Shown: positions 23,647 through 24,000 of the stretch, piece by piece
Numbering within the stretch: position 1 is the first letter of the stretch
Layout: each line of letters begins with the position of its first letter
DNA from: Promethearchaeota archaeon
GTDB lineage: Archaea > Asgardarchaeota > Heimdallarchaeia > Hodarchaeales > Hodarchaeaceae
Assembly (NCBI GenBank): GCA_048939265.1
Contig: JBHLPQ010000005.1
Coordinates: forward strand, 24,736 to 48,735
Length of the DNA: 24,000 bases
Direction: 5' to 3'
Translations under genes and position numbers: made by a program
Notes under the pieces: model-generated
Told to the model about the DNA's origin: nothing
What the model saw: only the letters and a program-made list of their open reading frames with translations
Database searches by the model: none

Positions 23647-24000
23647 TGGGGTTTCACCATATCCGAATTTTTACTTCATGTTCTAATTAGTTTTTTCTTA
23701 TTTATTAATGTTTTCTGGAAATAGTACAGAGATAATTAATCAGTGAGGAGCTTGTAAAGTGAATTTATTCTTCTTTTTTGTCGTTATTTCTCCTATAATA
23801 CACTCGAAATAAGGGGGGCGGGGGGGGTTGTCACGGTAACTTCAATAGAAGATGATACCAAAACTAGTATAACCATAATTTTTTAGCAGTTAAGTCAAAT
23901 CTCAGGACATTAAAAAAGATGGAGGTGTGTTTTCCAAATAGATTATATCACTAATATTTGTAAAGAAGAAAAAAATCAGAATTTGATCTCCAATGTAGCA

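Noticed and set aside
1-24000. Searched by eye for CRISPR repeats, transposase/integrase genes, inteins in atpA, C/D-box sRNAs (RUGAUGA...CUGA) in intergenic regions and tRNA introns, and riboswitch-like leaders
   Set aside because: No spaced direct repeats or mobile-element genes were found. AtpA is of normal length with contiguous motifs. The few GATGATA/CTGA occurrences (for example 15541-15546 and about 19840) do not form complete C/D box sets. I have no support for any of these features.

Overview
AT-rich window (roughly mid-30s % GC by eye) that reads as a core chromosomal region of an archaeon, not an accessory island. I saw no CRISPR array, transposase, integrase or recognisable defence genes. 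Coding content is mostly housekeeping. It includes a NOG1-like GTPase (3' part), TruA, S-adenosylhomocysteine hydrolase, a tandem Lrp/AsnC-like regulator, and an atpA-psd-pssA co-directional block. It also includes a coiled-coil plus SWIM zinc-finger pair, a DHH and HD phosphoesterase pair, Rpo4/F, ribosomal protein L21e, Pus10, TrmY, SRP54 and an MFS transporter. The remainder are PRPP synthetase, a MiaB/MtaB-type radical-SAM methylthiotransferase, a TrmJ-like SPOUT methyltransferase, a ThiL-like kinase, a presenilin/SPP-type intramembrane protease and a small MazG-like protein. The standout feature is the tRNA complement. I can fold seven tRNA genes by hand, and six of them are interrupted by 13 inserted segments in total. 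Several insertions lie at non-canonical positions (D arm, T loop) and have readable bulge-helix-bulge (BHB) junctions. One tRNA(CAT) gene is 221 nt long and appears to carry four introns. Four different tRNAs share a 31-33 nt intron at the same T-loop position. I also found a 47-aa ribbon-helix-helix gene that is absent from the ORF track. Secondary oddities include a solitary atpA apparently co-transcribed with lipid head-group genes and an internally duplicated Lrp-type regulator. All family assignments rest on motif recognition by eye. No searches or folding programs were run.
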